This document shows, piece by piece, positions 40,420 through 51,945 of a DNA stretch of 64,000 nucleotides (the stretch's first letter is position 1; every line of letters starts with the position of its first letter). The stretch is from Mobula hypostoma (lineage: Eukaryota). Position numbers and translations under genes: made by a program. The notes beneath the pieces were generated by a model. It was not told the DNA's origin. It did not search any database and worked only from the letters and a program-made list of their open reading frames with translations. Location: contig NC_086109.1 of assembly GCF_963921235.1 (NCBI RefSeq), forward strand, positions 36,272,001 through 36,336,000. The letters run 5' to 3'.

Positions 40420-41514
40420 TCAAAGGGGATCTTTTCCAACTCCCCAAATGGACATCAGAGGGAAGGAAAGGCGTCGTCTAGTTCAGGAGGAGGTGAGAGC
40501 AGTAGTGGAGGAGATGAGAGCCTGCAGGCGGTGGGAATGAAGCAACAGGGAGCTTGGACAAAATGGGAGAATGCAGTTGAGAGGAAAGTGACCTGGGCTG
40601 ATCTTTGGAAAGCCTAACCACACCGCATCCAATTTCTCATCCAGGCAGTGTACGATGTGCTTCCAAGCCCATCAAACCTGCACACATGGGGCAAGGCAGA
40701 GTCATCTGCGTGCCCACTGTGCTCCAAGCGAGGAACCCTGGAGCACATCCTCAGCGGCTGTGCAAGGGCACTTGGTGAGGGACGGTGCAGGTGGAGGCAT
40801 GATCAGGTCCTGAAGACCATCGCTGAAGCCGTCAGTGCAGGAGTTGAGTGGGCGAAGCGGTCCCGACCCTTCAAGCAGACCATTGCCTTTGTCAGAGCTG
40901 GGGAGCAGCCAATACCTGCCAAAAGAACATCTGCAGGCATTCTGACCTCTGCAAGGGACCGGCAGCTGTTGGTGGACCTCGAAGGGCAGCTGAAGTTCCC
41001 CAACCATATCGCAGCCACCACCCTGTGACCAGACATTGTCCTAGTGTCTGAGTCTACTAAGCAAGTGGTGCTGCTGGAGTTGACAGTCCCATGCGAAGAT
41101 AGCTTGGAGGAGGCCTTTGAAAGGGAGCTCTCCAAGTACGCAGGACTGGTCAGCAACTGTCAGCAGGTTGGATGGAGAGTGAGGTGTCTCCCAGTGGAGG
41201 TTGGTTGTAGGGGATTCGTAGCCCGTTCTTTAGTTCGAGCCTTCAGCATTTTGGGCATCGAGGGAGAGAGGAAGAGGAGAGCCATCCGCAGTACCACCGA
41301 TGCGGCAGAGAGGGCCTCAAGATGGCTGTGGCTCAAAAGAGGGGAGCCATGGAGTCATAAGTAGCTAGCGATCTGGACACAGGCTGGGGTCTGATCAGCC
41401 CCGGCTGGGTCACCTGGAGGAGGTTGAATGATGTTGAAAGACCCGAAACACCTGATGATTCCAGGAGCATCACTGAAGATGTGTCCAGAAGCATCAATAG
41501 ATGTATGTACACAG
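40420..41514 (+). mobile_element. HERO-like element 3' portion: CCHC Zn knuckle, RLE endonuclease, 3' UTR
   Basis: YDVLPSPSNL...CPLC..GTLEHILSGC...RWRHDQVL, (R>stop)PDIVL, ELTVP, VEVGCRGF; stop at 41364. Confidence 0.9.
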
Positions 41515-43048
41515 ATACATAGAAATATTGCTGCCTGCAACTTCCCCTTCAAGGTGTGCAGTACAACATCATGATTTGGATGTATATTGCAATTATTTCA
41601 CCTTTGCTGAATCTAAATTCTGGAATTCCCTCCCTAGTAACTCAATATCTTTTCCAAAGGGACAGTGAGGACAGTGACAGTTTAAGTGGGCAGCTTATTA
41701 TTATTTTCATAGGGACAATTAGTATTGAGTAACAAATACTAGCCTTGCTAAAACCAACCAGATTTCAAAACAAAATTAACAAAATTTTCATGAACCGTTG
41801 AGTGCCAGGAAGTCCCAGCTCCCTTGTCTAAATCTAAGTCAAATATGGAGACTAGTTGGTCTGTCAAAAGTAGAATGAGAGCGAAAGTTATCTTTAGATA
41901 TGAATGAATCACAATACTGCATGACATAGAATGCTCAGTAGAAATTGTAAAAAGTAAGGATAGCGACAGAAAGGTATCAACGTAAATGTCAAAATAAGTT
42001 TCAACTTAACATTTTCACACATTTGACACTATTAAACAGTGAGAGGCATCTACAATTAAGATAAATTTTGTTTTAGAGCATGTGTGATTATTTGTTTCTA
42101 GATTTGGCCATTGCAACTAATCCTGGAAAGTAATCACTCATGTCGAAGCATTACCCATGAAGATTCATGAGTAGCAAATATTGAACATTAAAAGAAATAG
42201 GAAATCGGCATTGGGGCAAGAGCAAAAACATAATTATAATATTATTAGTGGGACTTGTGGAAGGAGTTAATCTGCCTTTTATACATATTTTTAATATGTC
42301 AAAACTATAACAAATAGAGTAGATGAGGAATCCTTGCTTTGTTTTATCCCATAAGTCTCTCATGATGCTGGAAATCCAGAGTACAAGCACAAAATGATGA
42401 AAGAGTTCAGCAGGTCAAGAGGCATCCATGTAGAAGAATATACAGTCAACATTTTAAATTGAGACCCTTCATCAGGACTGTAAGTCACCGGTTCTCACAA
42501 CGTCTTGAATATCAACATCAGAAACAGCACTCTAATCCTTCCATTGCAAAATAACTGATTGGCCTGTTTATATTTGAATCACTCTTTTGATGCTTCATGT
42601 ATGTGTTCATTGTTTCATTGAATTGAAGTTGCACTTCACTGTGTTGTGATTTTGTTCATATTCACCTGGACTAAAAAAGCACTATGTTTCACTATATTCA
42701 TTAAGATCCCAAGACCTGAGTACCTTGAGGATTAGAGTGAAACCAGGCCACATTTTAAGCAACAAACTTCCATTCAACTCTAATTAAGGTTATTCACTTT
42801 TTCTTTAACAGTCAACAGAAAATTTATCAAAACAGAAATGATTTTGACATGTTATACTTGTAAACAGAGCTATAAATTACAAATATTACAGGAAAGAAGA
42901 CTGGTTGGCTAACAGGAAGCAATGAGTGGGAATAAAGGAGTTCTTTTCAGGTTGGTTGCTGTTGACTAATGGTGTTCCACAGGTTCGGTGATGGGACTGC
43001 TTCTTTACACTCTATTCACTGTTTTCACTCTAGTCTTTTCACTGAGCA

Positions 43049-44149
43049 GTGGATGTAGTGTATATGGATTTCAGTAAGGCATTTGATAAGGTTCTTCATG
43101 CAAAGCTCCTTCAGAAAGTAAGGAGGCATGTGATGCAAGGAGACCTTGTTTTGTGGATCCAGAATTGGCTAACCCACAGAAGGCAAAAGGTAGTTGTAGA
43201 TGGTTTGTATTCTACATCGAGGTCAGTAATGCAGGGATCCGTTCTGGGACCTCTCCTCTTTGTGACTTTTATAAATGATCTGGATGAAGAAGTAGAAGGA
43301 TGGGTTAGTAAGTTTTCTGATGACATAAAGGAATTAGGGTGTTGTGGATAGTCTGGATGGTTGTCAGAGGTTACAGTGGTACATTGATAGGATGCAGAAA
43401 TGGGCTGAGAAATGGCAGATGGACTTCAACCCAGATAAGTGTGAAGTGGTTCATTTTGGTAGGTCAAATTTGAAGACACAACATAATATTAATGGTAAGA
43501 CTCTTGACAGTGCGGAGGATCTGAGAGATCTTGGGGTCCACATCCATAGGACACTCAAAGCTGCTGCGCAGGCTGACAGTGTTTTTAAAAAGGCATATGG
43601 CATGTTGGCATTCTCAACCGTGGGATTGATTTCAAGAGCAGTGAGGTGATATTACAGCTATATAAGATCTTGGTCAGACCCCACTTGGAGTATTGTATTC
43701 AGTTCTGGTCACCTCACTACAGAAAGGATATGGATATTATAGAGATAGTGCAGGGGAGATTTACAAGGATGTTGCTGGATTGGAGGGCAAAACTTATGAG
43801 AACAGGTTGAGTGAACTTGATGTTTTCTACTTGTAGCGATGGAGGATGAGAGGCGACCTGATAGAGGTGTATAAGATGATGAGGGGCATTAATTGCGTGG
43901 ATAGCTAGAGGCTTTTTCCAGGGCTGAAATGGCTAACACAAGGGGGCATAGTTTTAAGGTGCTTGGAAATAGGTACAAAGGAATGTTAGGGGTAAGTTTT
44001 GCACACAGAGATTGGTGGGTGCGTGGAATGCACTGTCGGCAGTGGTGATGGAAGCGGACACAATAGGGGTCTTTTAAGAGCCTCTTAGATAGGTACATGG
44101 AGCTGAGAAAAATAGAGGGCTATGCACTAGGGAAATCTAGGCAATTTCT
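43049..44149 (+). mobile_element. CR1 RT + 3' end, split by the LTR tandem (continues 48658-~48693)
   Basis: DVVYMDFSKAFDKV...QGSVLGPLLFVTFINDL...KFSDD; the 3' UTR ggcaatttct|agagtaggttacatggtcggc is restored when the insertion is removed. Confidence 0.9.
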
Positions 44150-47100
44150 TGTCATGGTCCGGATCGGGGTCCCTTTAAATTTAGCTTGTTTATGTTACGG
44201 TCTGAACCGTTGATTCCCTGCTTTCCCATGTCCCTTGACTTTGGTGATTAGAGGCAATTAACACTCGGCTGAACCGGGAGTTTATAGTCTCCGGCTTTCA
44301 GCTGTTCGGTGTGGCAGCATTTGCAGTCACCAAGGTACGGCGTGCCAATGTCATCTGGCCGGAGCAAGCCTAGTCTTCCCCCGAAGCGAGTGCCGGTAAC
44401 TCGCCTTTCCTCACTGGAGCAACCTTGTCAAGTTACTTTGCCAAAGCGAGCCTGCAAAGTTTCCCCACTGAGGTGGGTCCGTCAGTTAACCCGCCGGAGG
44501 GAATCAAGAACCGCTGTCTACTGTTCCCGGGCCGAGTCGAGAGCTCGCCACTACCCGGAGGTTCCATGTCAAGTCCTGGCCCTGGCGGCGTTCAAGTACC
44601 ATGTCAAGTCCTGGCCCTGGCGGCGTTCAAGTACCATGTCAAGTCCTGGCCCTGGCGGCGTTCAAGTGCCATGTCAGGTTCGGGCCCTGGAGGCGTTCAA
44701 GTACCATGTCAAGTCCTGGCCCTGGCGGCTTCCCAGTTCTGAGTCATGTCTGGCCCTGGCGGTCTGCGATTCCTGTCCTACCCACTTGTCTGAAACACTA
44801 CTCTGCCCCTCTCGCCTCTAGACCTCGTCTGCAGCCCCCGCCTGCACTTCAGTCTAGTTCCATCACCAGAGCTAGATAGATACTGTCTGGTGTCCATTCA
44901 TGTTGGTCTTGTCTTGTCTTGCCTTTGCCACCGTGGGATAAGTCAGGCCATCTTGCCGTTGCTCCTCGGGAGGTCATGTCTTGTCTTGTCCTGTCCTCGC
45001 CTCCACGGGGTAAGTCAGCCCGTCTTGCCGTTACCCCACGTAGGGTCATGAGTCCCTGACCTATGTCCTGTACCCAAGGAGGGATCCCGACTCTGTGTTC
45101 TGTGTATGTGTCCATGGTACCTGCTGACCCGAGACCGAGGCTCTGTTTTTCCATGTTCCTCCTCTCCCTAGCCCATGTCATGTCCATGCCTGGTTCTGGG
45201 GTCCGAGCCCTGAGCAAGACCCAGGTACTGGGAACTTGCCCAGTCTCTGGCTCGGAGTCCATACCCCAGCCTCTTCATGTCTCCTCTAGTTCTGGGAGCC
45301 GATTCCGAGTCCAAGCCCAGACCCTCGGTCCCAGCCTAGTCGTAGTCCTGAGTCCTTGTCCAGTTTGCTATTTCCTGCTCCTGCCTTGCTCTCCTGGTAT
45401 CAAACAATAAACTAAATCTAAGCAACCTCACAAGATGTGTTTTGCATTTGGGTCCACCATTGCTCCCAAAGCCCCGCCATTGTGACAGAACGATCCCACC
45501 AAACATGGATCCAGCAGACACAAACTGTTTTTCCAAACTCTTGTCAGCCTGAAAGTTAAGGTGTTGTTCTGTTTTGCCCGCCGGCCGAATCCCCCACACC
45601 CACCCAGGTCATCGATAATACAGGCAAATCTGCTGGTCACCTGGATGCTCCCATTTGGAGGGGTATACTGTCATGATCCGGATTGGGGTGCCTTTAAATT
45701 TAGCTTGCTTATGTTACGATCTGGACCGTTGAGTCCATTTTCCTGTGTCCCTCGACTTTGGTGATTAGAGGCAATTAACACTCGGCTGAATTGGTAGTTT
45801 ATAGTCTCCAGCATTCAGCCATTTGGTGCAGGAGCGTTTGCAAAGTCACCATGGTACGGCGTGCCAATGTCATCTGGCCGGAGCAAGTCTAGTCTCCCCC
45901 AGAAGCGAGTGCCGGTAATTCGCCTTTCTTCACCGGAGCAACCTTGTCCAGTTATCTTGCCAAATCGAGCCTGCAAAGTTTCCCCACCGAGGTGGGTCCG
46001 TCAGTTAACCCGCCGGAGGGAATCAAGAACCAATGTCTTCTGTTCCCGGGCCAAGTCGAGAGCTCGCCACTACCTGGAGGTTCAAAGTCAAGTCCTGGCT
46101 CTGGGCGGCGTTCAAGTACCATGTCATGTCCTGGCCCTGGCAGTGTTCAAGTACCATGTCAAGTCTGGCCCTGGCAGCGTTCAAGTAGCATGTCAAGTCC
46201 TGGCCCTGGCGGTGTTCAAGTACCATGTCAAGTCCTGGCCCTGGCGGCGTTCAAGTACCATGTCAAGTCCTGGTCCTGGCAGCTTCCCAGTTCTGAGTCA
46301 TGTCTGGCCCTGGCGGTCTGTGACTCCTGTCCTACCCGCTTGTCTGGAACCCTTCTCTGCCCCTCTCAACTCTAGCCCTCGTCTGCAGCCCCCGCCTGCA
46401 CTTCAGTCTAGTTCCATCACCGGAGCTATATAGATACTGTCTGGTGTCCATTCGTGTTGGTCTTGTCTTATCTTGCCTTCGCCTCCGTGGGATAAGTTAG
46501 GCCGTCTTGCCTTTGCTCCTCGGGGGGGTCATGTCTTGTCTTGTCCTGTCCTTGCCTCCGCGGAGTAAGTTAGGCTATCTTGCCATTGCCCCGCAGGGAG
46601 TCATGTCTTGTCGTGACTCGTCCTCGCCTCTGTGGGGTAAGTCAGCCCATCTTGCCATTACCCCACATAGGGTCATGATTTCCTGACGTATGTCCTGTAC
46701 CCAAAGAGGGGTCCCGGCTCTCTGTTCTGTGTGCGAGTCCCGGTCCTATGTCCTGTACCCAAGGAGGGATCCCGGCTCTCTGTTCTGTGTGTGAGTCCCG
46801 GCCCTATGTCCTGTACTCAAGGATGGGTCCCGACTCTGTGTTCTGTGTATGTGTCCGTGGTTCCATGTACCTGCTCTCCCGAGACCGAGGCTCTGTGTTC
46901 CCATGTTCCTCCTCTCCCTAGCCCATGTCATGTCCATGCCTTGTTCTGGGGTCCGAGCCTGAGGCAAGACTCAGGTACTGGGTCGTTGCCCAGTCTCTGG
47001 CTCGGAGTCCATACCCTAGCCTCTTCATGTCTCCTCTAGTTCTGGGAGCCAATTCTGAGTCCAAGCCCAGACCCTTGGTCCCAGCCTCGTCATAGTCCTG

Positions 47101-48657
47101 AGTCCTTGTCCAGTTTGCTGTTTCCTGTTCCTGCCTTGCTCTCCTGGTATCGAACAATAAACTAAATCTAAGTAACCTCACAAGATGTGTTTTGCATTTG
47201 GGTCCACCCTTTCTCCCAAAGCCCCGCCATTGTGACAGAACGCTCCCGCCAAACATGGACCCAGCAGACAGAAACTGTTTTTCCAAACTCTTGTCAGCCT
47301 GAAAGTTAAGGTGTTGTTCTGTTTTGCCCGCCGGCCGAATCCCCCACACCCACCCAGGTCATCGATAATACAGGCAAATCTGCTGGTCACCTGGATGCTC
47401 CCATTTGGAGGGGTATACTGTCATGATCCGGATTGGGGTGCCTTTAAATTTAGCTTGCTTATGTTACGATCTGGACCGTTGAGTCCATTTTCCTGTGTCC
47501 CTCGACTTTGGTGATTAGAGGCAATTAACACTCGGCTGAATTGGTAGTTTATAGTCTCCGGCATTCAGCCATTCGGTGCAGGAGCGTTTGCAAAGTCACC
47601 ATGGTACGGCGTGCCAATGTCATCTGGCCGGAGCAAGCCTAGTCTCCCCCCGAAGCGAGTGCTGGTAATTCGCCTTTCCTCACCGGAGCAACCTTGTCCA
47701 GTTATCTTGCCAAATCGAGCCTGCAAAGTTTCCCCACCGAGGTGGGTCCGTCAATTAACCCACTGGAGGGAATCAAGAACCAATGTCTTCTGTTCCCAGG
47801 CCGAGTCAAGAGCTCGCCACTACCTGGAGGTTCAAAGTCAAGTCCTGGCTCTGGGCGGCGTTCAAGTACCATGTCATGTCCTGGCCCCTGCGGTGTTCAA
47901 GTACCATGTCAAGTCTGGCCCTGGCGGCATTCAAATACCATGTCAAGTCCTGGCCCTGGCAGCTTCCCAGTTCTGAGTCATGTCCTGGCCCTGGCAGTCT
48001 GTGATTCCTGTCCTACCCCCTTGTCTGAAACCCTTCTCTGCCCCTCTCACCTCTAGCCCTCGTCTGCAGCCCCCGCCTGCACTTCGGTCTAGTTCCATCA
48101 CCGGAGCTAGATAGGTACTGTCTGGTGTCCATTCGTGTTGGTCTTGTCTTGTCTTGTCCTCGCCTCCGTGGGGTCAGTCAGGCTGTTTTGCCATTACCCC
48201 GCGTAGGGTCATGAGTCCCTGCCCTATGTCCTGTACCCAAGGAGGGGTCCCGGCTCTCTGTTCTGTGTATGTGTCTATGGTTCCATGTACCTGCTCTCCC
48301 GAGACCGAGGCTCTGTGTTCCCATGTTCCTCCTCTCCCTAGCCCATCTCATGTCCATGCCTGGTTCTGGGGTCCGAGCCCGAGGCAAGACCCAGGTACTG
48401 GGTCCTTGCCCATTCTCTGGCTCAGAGTCCATGCCCTAGCCTCTTCATGTCTCCTCTAGTTCTGGGAGCCGATTCCGAGTCCAAGCCCAGACCCTTGGTC
48501 CCAGCCTAGTCATAGTCCTGAGTCCTTGTCCAGTTTGCTATTTCCTGCTCCTGCCTTGCTCTCCTGGTATCGAACAATAAACTAAATCTAAGTAACCTCA
48601 CAAGATGTGTCTTGCATTTGGGTCCACCCTTTCTCCCAAAGCCCCGCCATTGTGACG
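44150..48657 (+). mobile_element. Non-autonomous Gypsy-type tandem: LTR(44150-45487)-int(181 bp)-LTR(45669-47237)-int(181 bp)-LTR(47419-48657)
   Basis: TGTCA...TGACA termini (the last is TGACG); 5-bp TSD TTTCT at 44145-44149 and 48658-48662; purine tract ggaggggtatac before LTR2 and LTR3; AATAAA ~80 bp before each LTR end. Confidence 0.92.
44563..44760 (+). repeat. 35-bp minisatellite inside the LTR (also at ~46080-46320 and ~47830-48000)
   Basis: Unit cctggcggcgttcaagtaccatgtcaagtcctggc with period 35; copy number differs between the LTRs. Confidence 0.9.
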
Positions 48658-48719
48658 TTTCTAGAGTAGGTTACATGGTCGGCATAACATTGTCATATGC
48701 TGTAGATTTCTTTGTTCCA

Positions 48720-49670
48720 TGTTCTGTATGTCGATGACTTGGATGATGGAATTGTTGGTTTTGTGGCCAGCTTTGTGGATGACACACATATAAGTTGAGG
48801 GGCAGGTAGTGTTGAGGAAGCAGGGATCTGCTGAAGAACTTGGACAATGGACAAAGATGTAGCAGGTGCGATACAGTGTACGGTCATGCACTTTGGTAGA
48901 AAGAATAAAGACGATGGCAACACTCTAAATGGGGAGACAATTCAAAAATTTGACGTGCAAAGGACTTGGGAGTCCTTGTGCATTCTTCCCTAAAGGTAAG
49001 TTGCAGGTTAAGTCAGTGTTGAGGAAGGCAAATACAATGCTAGCATTTTGGGAGAACTAGAATATAAGAGCAAGGATGTACCCTGAGACTTTATAAGGCA
49101 TTGGTATGACCACACAAACCATTATGAGCAGTTTTGGGCCTTTATCAAAGAAAAAATGTGCTGGTATTGGAGAAGGTCCAGAGGAGGTTTAAGAGAATGA
49201 TTCCAGGAATGAAGGGGTCAACGTATGAGGAATGTTTGATAGCTCTGGGCTTGTACTCACTGGAGATCAGAAGGATGATAAAATATTGAAAGGTTGATAT
49301 AGAATGCAAGTGTGGTGGATGTTTCCTATAGAGGGCGAGTCTAGAACCAAAGGGGACAGCCTCCGAATAGGGCGATGTCCATTTAGAACAGAGATGAGGA
49401 GGAATTTCTTTAGCCAACAGGTAGTAAATCTGTGGAATTCATTGCCACAGACGTTCGTGGAGGCCAAGTCTTTGGATATATTTAAAGCAGAGGTTGTTGG
49501 GTTATTAATTAGTCTGGGCATCAAAGGTTATGGAGAGAAGACAGAAGAATGGGATGGATAGATGACAGAAGAATGAGGTTGAAGGAGTTAATACATCAGC
49601 TATAATGGAATGGTGGAGCAAACTTGATTTGCTGAATGGCCTAATTCTACTCTTATGTCTTATGGCTTTA
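48720..49670 (+). mobile_element. CR1 RT/3' fragment
   Basis: PFRTEMRRNFFSQQVVNLWNSLPQ...GIKGYGEK with a CR1 3' tail. Confidence 0.85.
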
Positions 49671-51629
49671 ATTGTATAGCATAGGTATAATAAAACACAA
49701 GTGAAATCCTTAAGCAGAGGGACACCTGCATGCTTTGATTTTTTTTAATTACTATTCAATTTTAACATGATGATTTATAATGGAGCATTGACACCCAAGC
49801 AGCTGATGGAGAATAATCACATTCAGACCTGTTCATTGAAGTAAAATGTTCTCTTTCAATAATTCTAGCAAAAAAAATTATTTAATCCAATATAACATCA
49901 ACTTTAACTTATCACATCCTAATCAGAAAATTAAGTACATAATTGCATGAATTAGAAGAAAAAAATCTGGCTGCTGCAGGTGTTAGTACTTTAGTTTTTT
50001 TTAATTAAAATACTTCACACTTTAATTAAAATATAGAGGTAAACAATAGCAGAATGCTTTAAACAACATTCTCAATGCATGAGTGTAAATGAATCCTCAC
50101 TTGTTCTATCTGGCAATACACTTCAATGCTGTCTAATTAATTAGATGTAGCAATGGGTCAGTTCTTCTCCACTAATTTACCATGCATTCAAAAGAAGAAT
50201 GGATTATGGAGTGGTACACTATCTCATACATGCTCTGCATCCTGATAAAAGAAGATGGAAGTTTTTGCTTGGGTACGCTTGTGTGCCTAGTCATAGTTTT
50301 ATATGCTGTAGAGGTATGGATTCATGCAAAGAAAAATTGGTGTACAAATCCATGGGAACAGGAACATTGAATAGTTTTCTAATAATTATCACACCTTGTC
50401 TAAAAGACAGAATAGAAACATCTTTCTTTCCAAATTTTTATTGGATATATGGGACACAGCTGTGCCATGCTAGTACTAACCTAAGCTTGATAAAGAAAAA
50501 AAAAATTGTCACATATACCTTTTATAGCTTTGCCAGGATTTCTGGAGAGAAATAAAATATAATTGTCTATTGATCATTAACGTTGAAATATCAGGGAACC
50601 GAAGTGTTATGGAAATGTCCACTAGGAAGTTCCTCATGTAGAAATCAAATTCAAGCATCTTCTGTTATTATGAGGTGGCTTCTGGCAATAATCAATGTTG
50701 TTCAATGTTATTCACCTAGTGTGAAGCACAATCAACCATTTCATTGAAGTTACCTGTCTCACATTAAAATTTGGTTTGTCAACTCAGAAATGTAGCAGTA
50801 ATTGGCAGCTTGCTTCTAGTTCCTTTGATAAAAAGAGATAAGTCATTGATTGGCTGTGATTGATAACTTTGTAGGTAAACTCATTCATCCATGACGTAAG
50901 ATGAAAAGACTTGCAAATGAGGTGTCTCCTCTTCCTCTAGCATTATTTCTGTCAAAGTGACATAGCATAGTAAGAGACAATTTAGAAATTATGCTCACTA
51001 GTTTTGAAAATGTAGCGTAATTTAAGATAACTTATCAAACTTCGCATATCAAAGCCTTCAGTTATAATGGCTGTTACAATGAGATTTTTATTTAAATATG
51101 GATGACTTTGAATTCACTGTATTACTGATTTTAGAGAATTGAAAACAAGACTAAGTTAATAATTATATACCAATAATCTTAATCTATTTTAAGATAGAAA
51201 ACATTAGTCAAACATTTCCATTTGTAGGAAAACATAATGAATTTCCTTGATATTGTTGTTATGCTTCAAGACAGATCATTCGTATTATTCAGACTTCATC
51301 TAATTTCTTCTTTTGATCATGTTCTTTAAAAGTTAACTGTAAATAGTTCAGAAATAATATCAGGCTCCCTTTTAAAACATTACTTACATCCAACAGTTGT
51401 TAGCTAGACTCATTTGTCATTGGCTTATAAGAGTTTAAATAGCAATGTGCTCATGTGTCCTTTTCTCATTAACTTCATTGCTTTTGATTCTGATATAAGG
51501 AGTCAGTTAAATTTTCTTCTTATTTTATGACAGCTATCTGCTCCCAGCTATCCCATCACTTCCTGTAAACCTGTTGCTAAATCATATGCTGCATCTTCTC
51601 AGGTTAAGGACAGCTTCCAGTAATTATTA

Positions 51630-51795
51630 GCAACACAAGCAAAATGCTGGAGGAATTCCACAGGCCAAACAGAATCGAGACGTTGACTGTCTATTCATTT
51701 TCATAGATGCTGCTTGACCTGCTGAGTTGCTCCAGTATTTTTTGTGCATTTCTTAGATTTCCATCATCTGCAGAATTTCTCGTGTTTATGACTTT
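51630..51795. mobile_element. Fold-back Penelope-derived short element
   Basis: aaaatgctggaggaa... and its reverse complement ...ctccagtatttttt; flanked by an imperfect tccag(t/a)aattatt repeat. Confidence 0.6.
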
Positions 51796-51945
51796 CTCCA
51801 GAAATTATTTTCTCAGACCTATATTTCATGTTCTTCAATTAAAATGAACTGATCTTTTGTCCTTGGTTAGTAGTAGGGTTGTCAAGAATGTACAAAACTT
51901 GGATGAGTAAGTAACCTAGTATAAAATTAATGGATATATTCTTAA

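Noticed and set aside
41430..41470. GAAA and CTGATGA in the HERO 3' UTR as a hammerhead
   Set aside because: The order and spacing leave no room for stems I and III or a cleavage triplet.
38515..41535. TSD around the HERO-like composite
   Set aside because: No exact direct repeat between the left (gagacaataaaatt) and right (atacatagaaatatt) flanks.
44563..44760. 35-bp repeats as a CRISPR array
   Set aside because: The units are contiguous with no unique spacers, there are no cas genes, and the context is eukaryotic.
44309..48459. Many 70-190 aa ORFs with GPGGVQVPCQ repeats
   Set aside because: They are translations of LTR minisatellites in several frames; frames are not preserved between the LTR copies.
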